A stretch of 40,984 bases of DNA, taken from positions 1 to 40,984 of the forward strand of contig CALXUW010000086.1 of assembly GCA_944391795.1 (NCBI GenBank). Direction: 5' to 3'. Positions within the stretch are counted from its first letter, which is position 1. The number at the start of each line of letters is the position of its first letter. The DNA is from an uncultured Clostridia bacterium (lineage in GTDB: Bacteria; Bacillota; Clostridia; TANB77; CAG-508). The notes beneath the pieces were generated by a model. That model was given only the letters and a program-made list of their open reading frames with translations. It made no database searches and had not been told where the DNA came from. Of the stretch, positions 1-12,057 are shown one piece after another. Made by a program: the position numbers and the translations under genes.

Positions 1-130
1 TATCACTATTTATTATCCATACATCTGCACCTAAATGATAAAAACCTCTTTCAAAAACTTTTTTATCATATTTTTCCATTATCTCTCCTGTTGGTTTTCC
101 TTCTCCATCTAACACTTCCCAATATTCCAT
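1..130 (-). CDS. NUDIX / IPP-isomerase-like hydrolase, N-terminal part (runs off the window edge)
   Basis: Manual translation MEYWEVLDGEGKPTGEIMEKYDKKVFERGFYHLGADVWIINSD, typical NUDIX N-terminus; GGAT/AGGAG-like RBS upstream. Confidence 0.7.
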   Translation of the reverse strand, partial: MEYWEVLDGEGKPTGEIMEKYDKKVFERGFYHLGADVWIINSD

Positions 131-558
131 AAATCCATCTCCTATTTAATTTTTATACCTATAATAGTTTTTTTCTTACTATATCACAGATTTACATTTT
201 CCTCAACAAAATCACTAAAATTCGCACTAAATATATTGGATTATTTTGTATAAAAAATAAAGCACCTATTACAAGGCACTTTACTTAGGATTCTCTTTAA
301 CTTTTAAATTTTATTTTATAAATTTATATGTTCATCAACATACAACCATATCATATGGTGTGTTGAGCATAGATATATAATCTATGTAACCCTCTCACAG
401 CAACTATTATATCAATTCTAAAAATTCACTTTATATGTCTCCACACTCCATATCTAAAACAACCTTAACATTAATTTCATTATTTTGTACTTTTTCTAGT
501 CCAAATCCACCTCTTTTATGAAACATTATTGTATCTTGAAAGCTAGTAAATTCAAGTA

Positions 559-1932
559 TTACTGGTAATTCTTTAACTCTAGCAACGCGCAGCACTCCAC
601 ATGACTTGTAAACGGAAACATATCCACACACTCTATCTCCTCTACCCCATAAACTTCCTCCAACCTAGCCAAATCTCTAACCAAAGTTGCAGGATTACAA
701 CTAATATAAACTAATTTTTTTGGTCTAACTTTCAAAATATTATCTATACTCCTACTATCTAAGCCCCTTCTTGGTGGATCAATCATTATAATATCAGGCA
801 ATATTTTTTTTACATTTACCAAATCATCCAATATTTCTTCCACATCACCTGCTATAAATTGAGCATTGGTTACATTATTTTTCAAAGCATTTTCTCTTGC
901 ATCTTTAACCGCTTCTTCAACAATCTCTATTCCATATACTTTTTTAGCAAATTTAGACATAAATAATGATATTGTACCTATCCCACAATACAAGTCAAAA
1001 ACCACATCATTTTTTGATATTTTAGCCGCTTCTACTCCTATATTATATAATTTTTCTGCCTGTATTGGATTTACTTGATAAAATGACAATGGCGATATTT
1101 TAAATGTAAAATCTCCTAATATATCTTCAATATATCCATTACCATATAAATTAATATTTTGATTTCCCATAATTACATTTGTATCTTTAGTATTTATATT
1201 TTTTACAATCGTTTTTACTTCTGGAAAATTATTTAGTATGTCTTTTACTAATTTTTCTTCTTTTGGTATGCTTTTCCCATTTATAACTAAAACACACATA
1301 ATTTGGTTTGTTCTTATTCCAACTTTTGTTACTATATGTCTTACTAATCCTTTTTTAGTTTTTTCGTTATAAATACTTATATTATTGTTCACAAGAAACT
1401 CAAATACAAATTTTGCAAGTTTTTGACTTTTCTCATTTTGTATATAACATTTTTTTATTGGTATAATTTCATGGGTTCTGTTTGCAAATATTCCTATTGT
1501 AGGATTTCCGGCCTTATCCAGTCCTAGTGGATATTGTGCTTTATTTCTATAAAAATATGGATTTTCCATTCCTATTGTTTCTTTTACTTTTATTTTTGTG
1601 TTTAACGTTTTATTTACAAGACTTTGAACTGCATTTTGTTTCATTTTTAGTGTTTCTTCGTATTTTATATGTCTTAAATTGCAACCTCCACATCTTTTGT
1701 ATGTATTACAATCACTTTCGTTTCTTTTGTTAGATTCTTTGATAATTTCTAATATTTTTCCAAATGCATGTGATGTTAACACTTTTACAATTAAGATTTT
1801 TACTTTTTCTCCTTTTATTGTACCTGGTATAAATACTGTAAAGTTTTCTATTTTTGCTATTCCTTCTCCTTCATAGCCATTATCTATTATATCTACTATA
1901 TATTCTTGATTTTTTTTGATTGGTGCTTGCAT
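559..1932 (-). CDS. rlmD: 23S rRNA (uracil-1939-C5)-methyltransferase
   Basis: TRAM domain, CGGC Fe-S motif, SFYQVN, DLYCGIG, DPPRRG, YISCNPATLVRD, VDMFPFTSHVEC. Confidence 0.95.
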   Translation of the reverse strand: MQAPIKKNQEYIVDIIDNGYEGEGIAKIENFTVFIPGTIKGEKVKILIVKVLTSHAFGKILEIIKESNKRNESDCNTYKRCGGCNLRHIKYEETLKMKQNAVQSLVNKTLNTKIKVKETIGMENPYFYRNKAQYPLGLDKAGNPTIGIFANRTHEIIPIKKCYIQNEKSQKLAKFVFEFLVNNNISIYNEKTKKGLVRHIVTKVGIRTNQIMCVLVINGKSIPKEEKLVKDILNNFPEVKTIVKNINTKDTNVIMGNQNINLYGNGYIEDILGDFTFKISPLSFYQVNPIQAEKLYNIGVEAAKISKNDVVFDLYCGIGTISLFMSKFAKKVYGIEIVEEAVKDARENALKNNVTNAQFIAGDVEEILDDLVNVKKILPDIIMIDPPRRGLDSRSIDNILKVRPKKLVYISCNPATLVRDLARLEEVYGVEEIECVDMFPFTSHVECCALLELKNYQ

Positions 1933-2055
1933 ATTTATCTTTTTCCTTCCTTAATTTCTTATATTACTTGTTCTTAATGATATACTTTTCTATATTATTA
2001 TACTATGTGATAATTTTTTTAACAAGTATTATCGTTTTAATTGTTTCTTATATGC

Positions 2056-2098
2056 AAAAATATCCAATAAGTATTTTTAATACTATTGGATATTTTTT
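2056..2098 (-). terminator. Rho-independent terminator after ABC operon
   Basis: AAAAATATCCAATA...TATTGGATATTTTT inverted repeat right after the stop codon. Confidence 0.65.
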
Positions 2099-3967
2099 TA
2101 ATCTATTTCAATTGCTCCTGTATAAAGTCCATAATATGTTCCTTTTTTACTTATTAATTCTTCATGGTTTCCTCTTTCTATAATTCTTCCATGATCTAAT
2201 ACCATTATTAAATCAGAGTTTTTTATTGTAGAAAGTCTATGTGCTATTACAAATACAGTTCTTCCTTTCATTAATTTATCCATTCCGTCTTGAACTATTT
2301 TTTCTGTTCTTGTGTCTATACTTGAAGTTGCTTCGTCTAGTATAAGTACTGGTGGATTATTTAGTGCTGCTCTTGCAATTGAAAGTAATTGTCTTTGACC
2401 TTGTGATAATCCTTCTCCATTTCCTGTTATTACTGTATCGTATCCATGAGGAAGATGTCTTATAAATTTATCTGCATTTGATAGTTTTGCAGCTTCTATT
2501 ACTTCTTCATCTGTTGCATTTAGTTTTCCATATCTTATGTTGTCTTTTATTGTTCCTGTAAATAAACTTGTGTCTTGTAAAACCATTCCTAATGATCTTC
2601 TTAGGTCATCTTTTTTTATTTTTCTTATATTTATTCTATCATATCTAATTTTTCCTTCTTGAATATCATAGAATCTGTTTATTAGATTTGTTATTGTAGT
2701 TTTTCCTGCTCCTGTTGCTCCTACAAATGATACTTTTTGTCCTTCTTTTGCAGTTAATGTTATGTCATGTAAAATTCGTTTGTTTTCTTCATATCCAAAT
2801 TGAACATTTTCAAATTCTACTTGACCACGAAGTCTAGTATATGTTATTCTTCCGTCTTTATGTGGATGCTTCCATGCCCATATTCCTGTTCTTTCATTTG
2901 CTTCTACTATTTTTCCATTTTCTATTTTAGCATTTACTAAAGTTACATATCCTTCATCTTGTTCTACTTCTTCATCTATTAATTCAAATATTCTTCCAGC
3001 TCCAGCTAAAGCCATTACTATTGAGTTCATTTGTTGTGATACTTGACCGAAGTGGATTTGTAAATGCTTTTACATATTGTAAAAATGCTGCTATACTTCC
3101 TATTGTTAATATTCCATTTACTGATAATATTCCACCTATTACAGCTACTAGTACATATCCTAAGTTTCCTATATTCATTATACATGGCATTAAAATATTT
3201 GCATACATATTAGCTTTTGTCATACTGTCACATAAGTTTTCGTTTAATTCGTCAAATTTGTTTTTTGCATCATCTTCATAATTAAATACTTTTACAACTT
3301 TTTGTCCTTCCATCATTTCTTCAATATATCCATTTACTTTTCCTAAATCTTCTTGTTGTTTTACGAAAAATCTTGAACTGTTTCCTCCTAAATACCTAGA
3401 AACAAATATCATTAATATTACCATTGCAATTACAACTAATGTTAAATAAATATTTGTTGCAAACATTGCAGCCAAAACAGCTACCATTGATACTATTGCT
3501 GAAAAAACTTGAGGAATACTTTGACTTAATACTTGTCTTAATGTATCTACGTCATTTGTATAAGTACTCATTATGTCACCATGTGTCCTACTGTCAAAAT
3601 ATCTAATTGGTAGTTTTTGCATGTGTGTAAACATTTCTGCACGTATTTGATTTAAAACTCCTTGTGAAATGTTTATCATTAATCTGTTATATAAATATGT
3701 ACATATTATACCTATTAAGTATATTACTCCCATAATTATTATTACATTTAATAAAGCTGTAAAATCTGGATTGCTACTTCCTAGAAGTGGAGTGATGAAG
3801 TCATCTATTAAGTATTTTATAAATTGTACGCCTAATACTCCAACTAATGCACTTATTATAATACTTATAAGAACTACTACTAGCTGAAGTTTAAATCCTT
3901 TTGTTACATATTTTAGTAATCTTTTTATTGTTTTTAGTTTTGATCCTTTATTTTTGTTCATCTTCAT
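2098..3967 (-). CDS. Heterodimeric ABC exporter, fused permease/ATPase subunit 2 (~622 aa); one +1 shift at CGG 3047-3049
   Basis: TM domain ORF 2984-3967 joins ATPase ORF 2098-3030 via CCA CTT C-GGT CAA (NPL-G-QVSQQMNS); Walker A GATGAGKT, LSQGQRQ, ILDEATS. Confidence 0.9.
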
Positions 3968-5694
3968 CTCCTCCTTTCATTTGTGTTTCATAAACTTCTT
4001 TGTATATACTATTTGTTTTTAATAGTTCTTGGGAAGTTCCTATTCCATCTATTTTTCCTTCATTTAAAACTATTATTTTATCTGCGTCTTCTATTGATGA
4101 AACTCTTTGGGCTATAATTATTTTTGTTGTATTTGGTATTTTTTCTTTAAAAGCTTTTCTAATTAGGCTATCTGTTTTTGTGTCTACTGCACTTGTTGAA
4201 TCATCTAATATTAAGATTTTTGGATGTTTTAATATGGCTCTTGCAATACAAATTCTTTGTTTTTGTCCTCCTGATACATTTGTTCCACCTTGGTCTAACT
4301 TGGTTTCATATTTACTTGGAAATTCTTTTATAAAGCTATCTGCTTGGGCTAGTTTACAAGCTTCTTCTAGTTCTTCTTGATCTGCATTTTTCTTTCCCCA
4401 TCTTAAGTTTTCTGCAATTGTTCCTGAAAATAGGACATTTTTTTGTAATACCATTGCAACTTCTTCTCTTAAGCTTTGTATGTCATAATCTCTTACATCA
4501 ATTCCACCTACTTTTACAGTTCCTTTACTTACATCATAAAGTCTTGGTATTAATTGAACTAAGGTTGATTTTGAACTTCCTGTTCCTCCTATTATTCCTA
4601 TTGTTTCGCCTTCTTTTATTTCTAAATTAATATTTTCTAATGCAAAGTTTTCTTCATCTTCTTCATCACTATATCTGAAACTTACATTTTCAAAAGTAAT
4701 TGAACCGTTCTTTACTTCTTTTATTGGATTTTCTTTATTTTTTATTTTTGGTTCTTCTTCTATTACTTCTAGAATTCTTTCAGCTGAAGATTGGGCCATT
4801 ATTATCATTACAAATACAAATGATAACATCATTAAACTAGATAGTATTTGCCAAGCATATGTGATAATACTTGAAAGTTCTCCTGTTCCGCATTTCACCA
4901 CCTACTATTAGGTTTGAACCTATCCATGAAATTAATAATATACATGTATATATTGTTAATTGCATAACAGGACCATTAAATGCTATTATCTTTTCTGCTT
5001 TTTTGAAGTTTTTATAAACTTCATCATTTACTTCTTTAAATTTCTTTTCTTCATGGTCTTCTCTTACATAGGCTTTTACTACTCTTATACTACTTACATT
5101 TTCTTGTACTACTCTATTTAATTTGTCATATTTTTTAAATACTCTTTCGAAATTAGGATGAGCTTTTGTTGCTATAAAGTATAAAATTACACCTAAAACT
5201 GGTATTGCTACAAAAAATATTAATGATAAATTTAGACTTATTGATATTACCATTAGTAATGCAAATATCATCATTATAGGCCCTCTTACTAAAATTCTAA
5301 TAATCATTTGAAAAGCCATTTGCACATTTGTTACATCTGTTGTCATACGTGTTACTAAACTTGATGTTGAAAATTTATCTATATTTTCAAAAGAATAGTC
5401 TTGTATTTTATGAAACATTGCTTTTCTTAAGTTTTTTGCATATCCTGCTGATGCTTTTGCCGCAAACCTTCCAGAAAGCATTCCAAAAGTTAATGAAAGA
5501 ATAGCTGCAATTATTAATAAACCTCCAATTTCTAGTATGTATTTTACATCACCATTTTGTATACCTACATCTATTATCTTTGCCATAAGTATTGGTATTA
5601 TTACTTCCATTACAACCTCTAAAACCACAAATATTGGTGTTAGTATTGTTTGTTTTTTGTATTCTTTTATGTATTTTGCTAATTTTTTAAACAT
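3948..5694 (-). CDS. Heterodimeric ABC exporter, fused permease/ATPase subunit 1 (~581 aa, degenerate site); one +1 shift at CGG 4888-4890
   Basis: Join GAA ATG C-GGA ACA (GGEM-G-TGELSS); GGTGSSKS, VSGGQKQR, ILDDSTS. Confidence 0.9.
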
Positions 5695-5712
5695 TTGTTT
5701 TTCTCCTTTCTT

Positions 5713-5803
5713 GTGTTAATAAGTGTTAATAAGTGCCAATAATGTCACTAATGTCAGTGGTGTCAGTATGTCAGTATGTCAATGGGGACGGAGTTTTTTG
5801 ACA
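5713..5803. repeat. Degenerate short tandem repeats followed by REP-like motif TGTCAATGGGGACGGAG..TTGACA
   Basis: The 17-bp core at 5777-5793 recurs reverse-complemented within 34205-34231. Confidence 0.7.
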
Positions 5804-5845
5804 CTTTTCTAATTTAATTATTATTTTTTATGCACTTTATAAATT

Positions 5846-6271
5846 CTATAAATTTGTAGACATTTTTTTTAAGACAGATAAAAAATAAGAGATTTCTTCT
5901 TTTGAGATATTTTCTAATAGCTTGTTTTCTACTTCTCTTATACTTAAATCTATTTTATTAACTATGTCTGATGCTTTTTTAGTTATTGTTATTTCTTTTA
6001 ATCTTGCATCTTTGCCTTGCGTTTTTCGTTCTATTAAGTCATTTTGTTGCATAATTTGTAATATTCCTGTGATTGTAGGTTTTCTTAGGTCGAATTCTTG
6101 TCTTAAGTCTTTTGCATATATTTTTTTGTTTTTGGAATTTTCATATATGTATTTTAATATGAAAGCTTGAACTCCTGTTATTTTGTAGCTTAAGAATGTT
6201 TCATTTAGTTTTCTGGTTATTTTTCGTGACAACATTTGTATTTGCTTGCCTATGTCATTTTCTGAATCCAT
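5846..6271 (-). CDS. MarR family transcriptional regulator
   Basis: 141 aa, wHTH with DARLKEITIT motif, directly upstream of the ABC exporter pair. Confidence 0.9.
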   Translation of the reverse strand: MDSENDIGKQIQMLSRKITRKLNETFLSYKITGVQAFILKYIYENSKNKKIYAKDLRQEFDLRKPTITGILQIMQQNDLIERKTQGKDARLKEITITKKASDIVNKIDLSIREVENKLLENISKEEISYFLSVLKKMSTNL

Positions 6272-6363
6272 ATTGTTAGCCTCCTAACTAGATTTATAGT
6301 TTAGCACTTTTTTTGTTGATTGTCAATTGAGTTAGGAATTTAAATTTCATTTTTTTGTATAAG

Positions 6364-6451
6364 TTGTAAATGTCAAGAGTTTTTGTAGTTTTTTGCCAAA
6401 ATCCTACATATTTTTTTGCCAAAAAACTACAAAAACTCTTGACATTTACAA
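6364..6451. repeat. Long inverted repeat (31-bp arms), possible terminator
   Basis: TTGTAAATGTCAAGAGTTTTTGTAGTTTTTT / AAAAAACTACAAAAACTCTTGACATTTACAA. Confidence 0.8.
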
Positions 6452-6454
6452 GGG

Positions 6455-6817
6455 TTACAATTTTTCGACTACGATGTCGACTTTTATAACCCTTTCCCAT
6501 GCGACATGCTGGAAACGGTACTCCGTTTCTTCTTTTCCTGTCGCCGGATTAATAATCGTGTTTCCCGTAGGGACACGATTTGCTCTGGCTCTAATTACTG
6601 GTTTTCCGTTATTTCGCGGACTTGTTAAATCCGCGAGAATAGCCGGCGTAAGAACCACTGCAAGAACATCGCAATCAGCTCCTGCTTCCACGACATCCTT
6701 CCAGTCACTTACCGACTTGTCGAAGTTTTTGATTTCGACTTCTCCGTAAATGCGTTCCAGATTTTCGATCTGTTCCTTCGTCATTTGATGACGACTGAGC
6801 CATAAAACTTTCTTCAT
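6455..6817 (-). CDS. Hypothetical protein of atypically high GC (MKKVLWLSRH...)
   Basis: Open frame with GAGGG RBS before MKKV; codon usage unlike neighbours. Confidence 0.75.
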   Translation of the reverse strand: MKKVLWLSRHQMTKEQIENLERIYGEVEIKNFDKSVSDWKDVVEAGADCDVLAVVLTPAILADLTSPRNNGKPVIRARANRVPTGNTIINPATGKEETEYRFQHVAWERVIKVDIVVEKL

Positions 6818-7359
6818 AATTTTCCCTCTTGGCAATTTGCCATGTCATAAAGTGTATCTCTTTGATGTAGCGGAGTTGCTACAAATGTTACATCTTCTAT
6901 AATTATATGATATTTGCATAATTTTGTTAATAGTCACTCTTTATTTGATAGAAGTTATGTAAATGTTTGATTGACCTGTTCTTTATTTAAATAAAAATCT
7001 AAAATATTTAAATTGACTTTAAATTTAAACTCTTGGATGACTTAGACTTTCAAAGGTTTTCTAAGTACCGTTCATTGTTATTATATTTATTTTCTTTATT
7101 ATTATCACATACACAGTTTAGTGTAAGGATAGATGTAGTGCTTGCTGTACTGCTAAATTCACTATTTTAATAATGATATACTTACTTTTATACGGTTTAG
7201 TAAATATTATGGCAGTCGCCTTATTATTGCAATACTAGTAATTTTGAGCAAATAAAAAACACCACCTTATACTTTGACGAACTATGTGGTGTTTTATAGC
7301 AATTTACACTATTTCTATGTTTCTCATTTTCTTTTTTATCGTACCATCATTTTTTCAGA

Positions 7360-7974
7360 TTATTCAGCAACTTTTATTAACCATTTTCTCTGTAAATATA
7401 TCATCATTCCATATAAAACTATATCATAGATTAAGGGTACAAAAATAATGTATCCATATTTTTGTGAAAATTCTTTTTTGAAATTTTCTTCTTGCTTTTC
7501 TTTTAAATTAGTATAAATATTAGTATAAATATCAGCATAACTTTCATTATTTTGGTATTTGTCTATTGCTTCATCTACTATATCGTCTAAATCACCTAAA
7601 TCATATACTCCTGAAATTCTATAAATTTGAGCTTGTTCTTGCATAAATTTTTGATATGAATTATAATCTATGATAAATCCTATTACAATCATAACTACAA
7701 AAAAGATACCTATATTTCTTATTATTATATTTATATCTTCTTTTCTAATAAAATATCGTTGCACTACATTTCTTGAGCCTACCCAAACATATAAAAAAGT
7801 TGTTATAGTCGTTAAAATTATTTGCAGGATCATTTCTGCTGTAGCATTTTCCATATTTCTAATAAAAGAACCAATAATGAAATGATTTATTATACCAAAT
7901 ATAAAAGAAACCATTATGTATTCCCAAATTAATTTTTTTGAAATATCAACTGCAGATAGACTTTTCTTTTCCAT
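7360..7974 (-). CDS. Hypothetical membrane protein (4 TM)
   Basis: 204 aa ORF with hydrophobic segments. Confidence 0.75.
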   Translation of the reverse strand: MEKKSLSAVDISKKLIWEYIMVSFIFGIINHFIIGSFIRNMENATAEMILQIILTTITTFLYVWVGSRNVVQRYFIRKEDINIIIRNIGIFFVVMIVIGFIIDYNSYQKFMQEQAQIYRISGVYDLGDLDDIVDEAIDKYQNNESYADIYTNIYTNLKEKQEENFKKEFSQKYGYIIFVPLIYDIVLYGMMIYLQRKWLIKVAE

Positions 7975-7978
7975 AATT

Positions 7979-8173
7979 TTATCCCTTCTTTTTTTTCTTA
8001 ATTATTAAAACAATTACTAATCCTACTATAATTGCTAAAGCTATTGCCCCAATAGTTCCCACCTTTTGAACAGTATCTTGTGCCCTTTTACCAAAATCTA
8101 CTATTGAATGACTCTCTGTTAATTCATTTGTAGTTTTGGGTGAAGCTGACTTTAATGAATTTGAATTTACCAT
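7979..8173 (-). CDS. Small membrane-anchored hypothetical protein
   Basis: GGGGG RBS; C-terminal TM helix plus KKKKK tail; abuts the downstream gene. Confidence 0.65.
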   Translation of the reverse strand: MVNSNSLKSASPKTTNELTESHSIVDFGKRAQDTVQKVGTIGAIALAIIVGLVIVLIIKKKKKG

Positions 8174-8339
8174 AAAAACACCCCCTTATTTCTTTCTTAT
8201 ATCATTATATCTTAAAAGCACTAAAAATGCAATAGAAAGGCATTTTACGATAGTATAAAAAAATGCTCTATAGCATTACTTTCAAAAATAAACCTATGTA
8301 AAATATTAATATTTCAATACTTACATAGGCTTTATTGTT

Positions 8340-8423
8340 TGGTGCGGATGAAGGGACTCGAACCCCCACGCTTTTGGCACTGGTTCCTAAGACCAGCGCG
8401 TCTACCAGTTCCGCCACATCCGC
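8340..8423 (-). tRNA. tRNA-Leu (anticodon TAG)
   Basis: GCGGATG acceptor stem, CTGGT-CTTAGGA-ACCAG anticodon arm, long variable arm, GTTCGAG, encoded CCA. Confidence 0.97.
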
Positions 8424-8490
8424 TTGTTTGATTAACAATATATATATTACCACATATATTGTAATCTTGTCAAGCTTTAAAATAAATTTT

Positions 8491-8694
8491 TTACTTTACA
8501 CAGTAAAAAATTATAGCACCTAGCAAAACAATTATAAATCCTAATATTTTCATTCCTGTAGAAGCCTCATTTTGGTCACCAAAACCAAAGAATTTTTTTG
8601 TTACAATTCTAGCATCATATATTAATATTATCCCTAATAATACCATTATTACAGCTATAAGCTTTATTATCACTTGAAACATTATTATCAACAT
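8491..8694 (-). CDS. Small two-TM membrane protein
   Basis: Two hydrophobic helices flanking YDAR..FGFGDQNE; start may be the second Met. Confidence 0.7.
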   Translation of the reverse strand: MLIIMFQVIIKLIAVIMVLLGIILIYDARIVTKKFFGFGDQNEASTGMKILGFIIVLLGAIIFYCVK

Positions 8695-8754
8695 CCTTTT
8701 TATTTTTTACATTTTTTATATTAATATTTTTTACATTAAAAGTCAATATTTTAT

Positions 8755-10801
8755 TTATATTTCAATTCTTTTTAGGAATTTATCTTTTATTAAATCCTTT
8801 AATAATTTATTTTTTTCTTTTTCTAATTTATTGTCATCTTCTATAATTTTTATTGCTGCTGATTGAACAAGTTTTAAAATTGGCATATCTTCAAATAAAT
8901 TTGCTATTTTAAACTCTGGTAAACCATGTTGCATAGTTCCAAAAAAGTCACCTGAACCTCTTAGTTCTAAGTCTTTTTCTGATATTATAAACCCATCATT
9001 TGTTTCGCACATTACTTTCATTCTTTTTCTTGCAGTTTCGCTGTTACTTTCGTATTTTAAAATACAATATGATTGATATTCACCTCTACCTACTCTTCCT
9101 CTTAATTGATGCAAGGCTGCTAGTCCGAATCTTTCTGCATTTTCTATTACCATGATATTGGCATTTGGAACATCCACTCCGACTTCTATTACTGTAGTTG
9201 AGATTAATATGTCTATTTCACCTTTTTTGAATTTGTTCATTATTTCGTCTTTTTCTTTTGGTTTCATTTTTCCGTGTATATAATCTACTTTATAGTTAGG
9301 AAATATTTCAGTTTTGTATTTTTCGTATAAATTTTGAACTGATTTTAAGTCCAATTCTTCGTTTTCTTCTACTAAAGGACATACTATATATGCTTGTCTT
9401 CCTTCTTCTATTTGCTTTTTTATAAACATGTTTACTCTATCAGTCATTTTTTTATTTACTGCAAATGTATCTATTTTTTTCCTATTTGGAGGTAATTCAT
9501 CTATTATTGAAATATCTAAATCTCCATATAGTATTAAGGCTAATGTTCTTGGTATTGGTGTTGCCGTCATTACTAATACATCTGGGTTTTGCCCTTTTTC
9601 TACTATTTTTGTTCTTTGTTTTACCCCAAATCTATGTTGCTCATCTGTAACAACTAGTCCTAAATTTTTAAATACTACATTTTCTTCTAAAATAGCATGT
9701 GTTCCTATTAAAATGTCTATTTCACCTTGGGATAGTCTTGCTAATAATTCTTCCTTTTTCTTTTTACTTATTCCTGAAATTAATAATTCACATTTTATAT
9801 CTAATTCTTCTAATGTTTTTTTAAAATTTTCTAGATGCTGTGTTGCAAGTATAGCTGTTGGAGCCATTATTGCTGCTTGGTAGCCGTGATTTTACAGCTT
9901 TATAGGCTGCAATCATTGCAACTATTGTTTTACCTGAACCAACATCTCCTTGAAGTAACCTATTCATTGGTTTTTCTTGTTCCATATTATTATCAATTTC
10001 TTCTAGAACTCTTAATTGTGCATTTGTTAATCTAAATGGCAATCTATTTATAACGTCTGACATTTTTGCTTCTTTTTTAAAGCTTATTCCTTTTTCTTCG
10101 TTCATATAGCTATTTTTTAATTCTAGTAATGCTAATTGGGTAGATAATAGCTCTTCAAATACTAGTCTTTTTCTTGCTATATCAAATGCATTGAAATCTT
10201 TAGGAAAATGTATAGAATTTATTGCTTCATTTATTCCTTCTAGTTTGTATTCTTCTAATATATAATTTGGCAAGGTTTCTTTTAGGTTTCCTTGTACTTC
10301 TTTTAGTCCACTTTCTATAATTCTTCTTAACGTATTTTGTGAAAGATTATAGGTTAATGGATATATTGGTATTATTTTCCCTGTATTTTTGTTACTATCT
10401 ATTCTATCAAAAACTGGTGATGTAATTGAAATTTTGCCGAATTTATTACTTATTTTTCCATAAAATCTATATTTTTTTCCTATTTCAAATACTTTTTTTA
10501 AGTAGGTTTGATTAAACCAAGTAACTACTGCTGTTGCTGTTTCATCTCTTATTATTAATTTTTGCATGGTTTTACCTTTTAGCCTTACTTCTGAAATCAT
10601 GCTACATGCTACTGCTTCGATAGTTGCTTCGTTTTCATCTATACATTCTATTAACTTTTTTGGTTTTCCTCTATCTTCATATGTTCTTGGATAATATGAA
10701 ATTAAATCTTTTAATGTAAAAATATTTAGTTTGTTTAATAATTTTACTCTGTTTGGTCCTACACCTTTTACGTATTTTACATCTTTATTTAGATCTAGCA
10801 T
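8755..10801 (-). CDS. recG: ATP-dependent DNA helicase RecG (~681 aa); one +1 shift at CGG 9884-9886
   Basis: RLLQGDVGSGKT, DEQHRFGV, MTATPIPRTL, QLRGRVGRG; join AAA TCA C-GGC TAC CAA (KS-G-YQAAIMAPT). Confidence 0.95.
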
Positions 10802-10900
10802 TTTTTCTCCTTTTTTGTTTTTTTAAAGGTATTTATTATATAACTATAATAACGGTCTCTTTTCCACATATATTAATTCCTTATAGTAATATTTTTATTA

Positions 10901-11608
10901 TTAGTCATCAATTTTTAATAATTTAAAGTCTAATCCGTCTGCACTAACTAATTTAAATTTAATTCCAAAATATTTTCCTTCCACAGCTTCTTTTATAGAA
11001 ACACTGTGTAAATGGCCATAATAACATTTTTTAACATTATATTTCATCATAAGTTTTACAAAATCACTTGGTTCATTATTTGATATATTATTGTAAGTTA
11101 TTGGTGGATAATGCATAAATACTATTATCTCTTTTTCTTCGTATTTACTTTTTGCTTCTTTTAATGATAGTTCTAACCTTGCTAATTCTCTATTTAGTAA
11201 CCTTTTATCATCTGCTTGTTCTGTTATTACCCAACCTCTGGTTCCTGTTATTGCATAATTTTCAAATTCGTAGGAATTATTATATATAAAGTCTATATTC
11301 TTAAAATTATTTTCATTTAAAAAATTTCTCATACTTGTAAGAGTTGTCCACCAATAGTCATGATTTCCTTTTAGTAATAGCTTTTTTCCTGGTAATTCAT
11401 TTAAATAAGAAAAATCTTCATATGTATCTTTTAAATATGTTGACCATGAAAAATCGCCTGGTAAAACTACCAAATCATTTTCTTCTACATTTTCTATCCA
11501 ATTTTTTTTTACTTTTTCTTCATGTCCTTCCCAATTGTTTCCAAATATACTCATTGGTTTGTTCTCGTGAAAGGATAAGTGAAGGTCTCCTATTGTATAT
11601 ATTGACAT
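10901..11608 (-). CDS. Metallophosphoesterase (calcineurin-like)
   Basis: GDLH, GDFSW, GNHD, HYPP, GHLH motifs. Confidence 0.9.
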   Translation of the reverse strand: MSIYTIGDLHLSFHENKPMSIFGNNWEGHEEKVKKNWIENVEENDLVVLPGDFSWSTYLKDTYEDFSYLNELPGKKLLLKGNHDYWWTTLTSMRNFLNENNFKNIDFIYNNSYEFENYAITGTRGWVITEQADDKRLLNRELARLELSLKEAKSKYEEKEIIVFMHYPPITYNNISNNEPSDFVKLMMKYNVKKCYYGHLHSVSIKEAVEGKYFGIKFKLVSADGLDFKLLKIDD

Positions 11609-11631
11609 TTATTTAAACTTGCTCCTTTTTA

Positions 11632-12015
11632 TTATTCTCCTATTAATTCTTTTCTTCTAGCTTTAAGTCCTTGGGACAATTTTTTGCCACAAAAGTCGCA
11701 TCTATTTGTTTCATTTGCACAATTTGTACATATATCTACGCGCATTGATGAATCTTGAAATTCTTCGCCACAGATTTTACATGTATGATTAACTAAATCT
11801 TTAGTGGCAATATGCATAATTGCATCACATTCTTCATTACCAAATATTTGAGAAGCTTGTTTTTCTTTTTGTTTGGTATTTCCTATATTAGTAATCGCTA
11901 TGACTATAAAAACTATTAATATAAGAATTATTATTAAAATTAAAATGTTTTTTGTTTTGAAAAAACTTTTTTTATTTTCTGATTTTTTATTTTCTTTTTC
12001 TTCCATTTCTTCCAT
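11632..12015 (-). CDS. Membrane-anchored protein with three CxxC motifs
   Basis: N-terminal TM helix; CKIC, CTNC, CDFC. Confidence 0.7.
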   Translation of the reverse strand: MEEMEEKENKKSENKKSFFKTKNILILIIILILIVFIVIAITNIGNTKQKEKQASQIFGNEECDAIMHIATKDLVNHTCKICGEEFQDSSMRVDICTNCANETNRCDFCGKKLSQGLKARRKELIGE

Positions 12016-12057
12016 TGTAATTCTCCCTTTTATCTAGACTTATTTAATAATATTTGT

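Noticed and set aside
431-631. 66-aa ORF overlapping the rlmD 3' end
   Set aside because: No RBS or recognisable domain; it overlaps rlmD in another frame.
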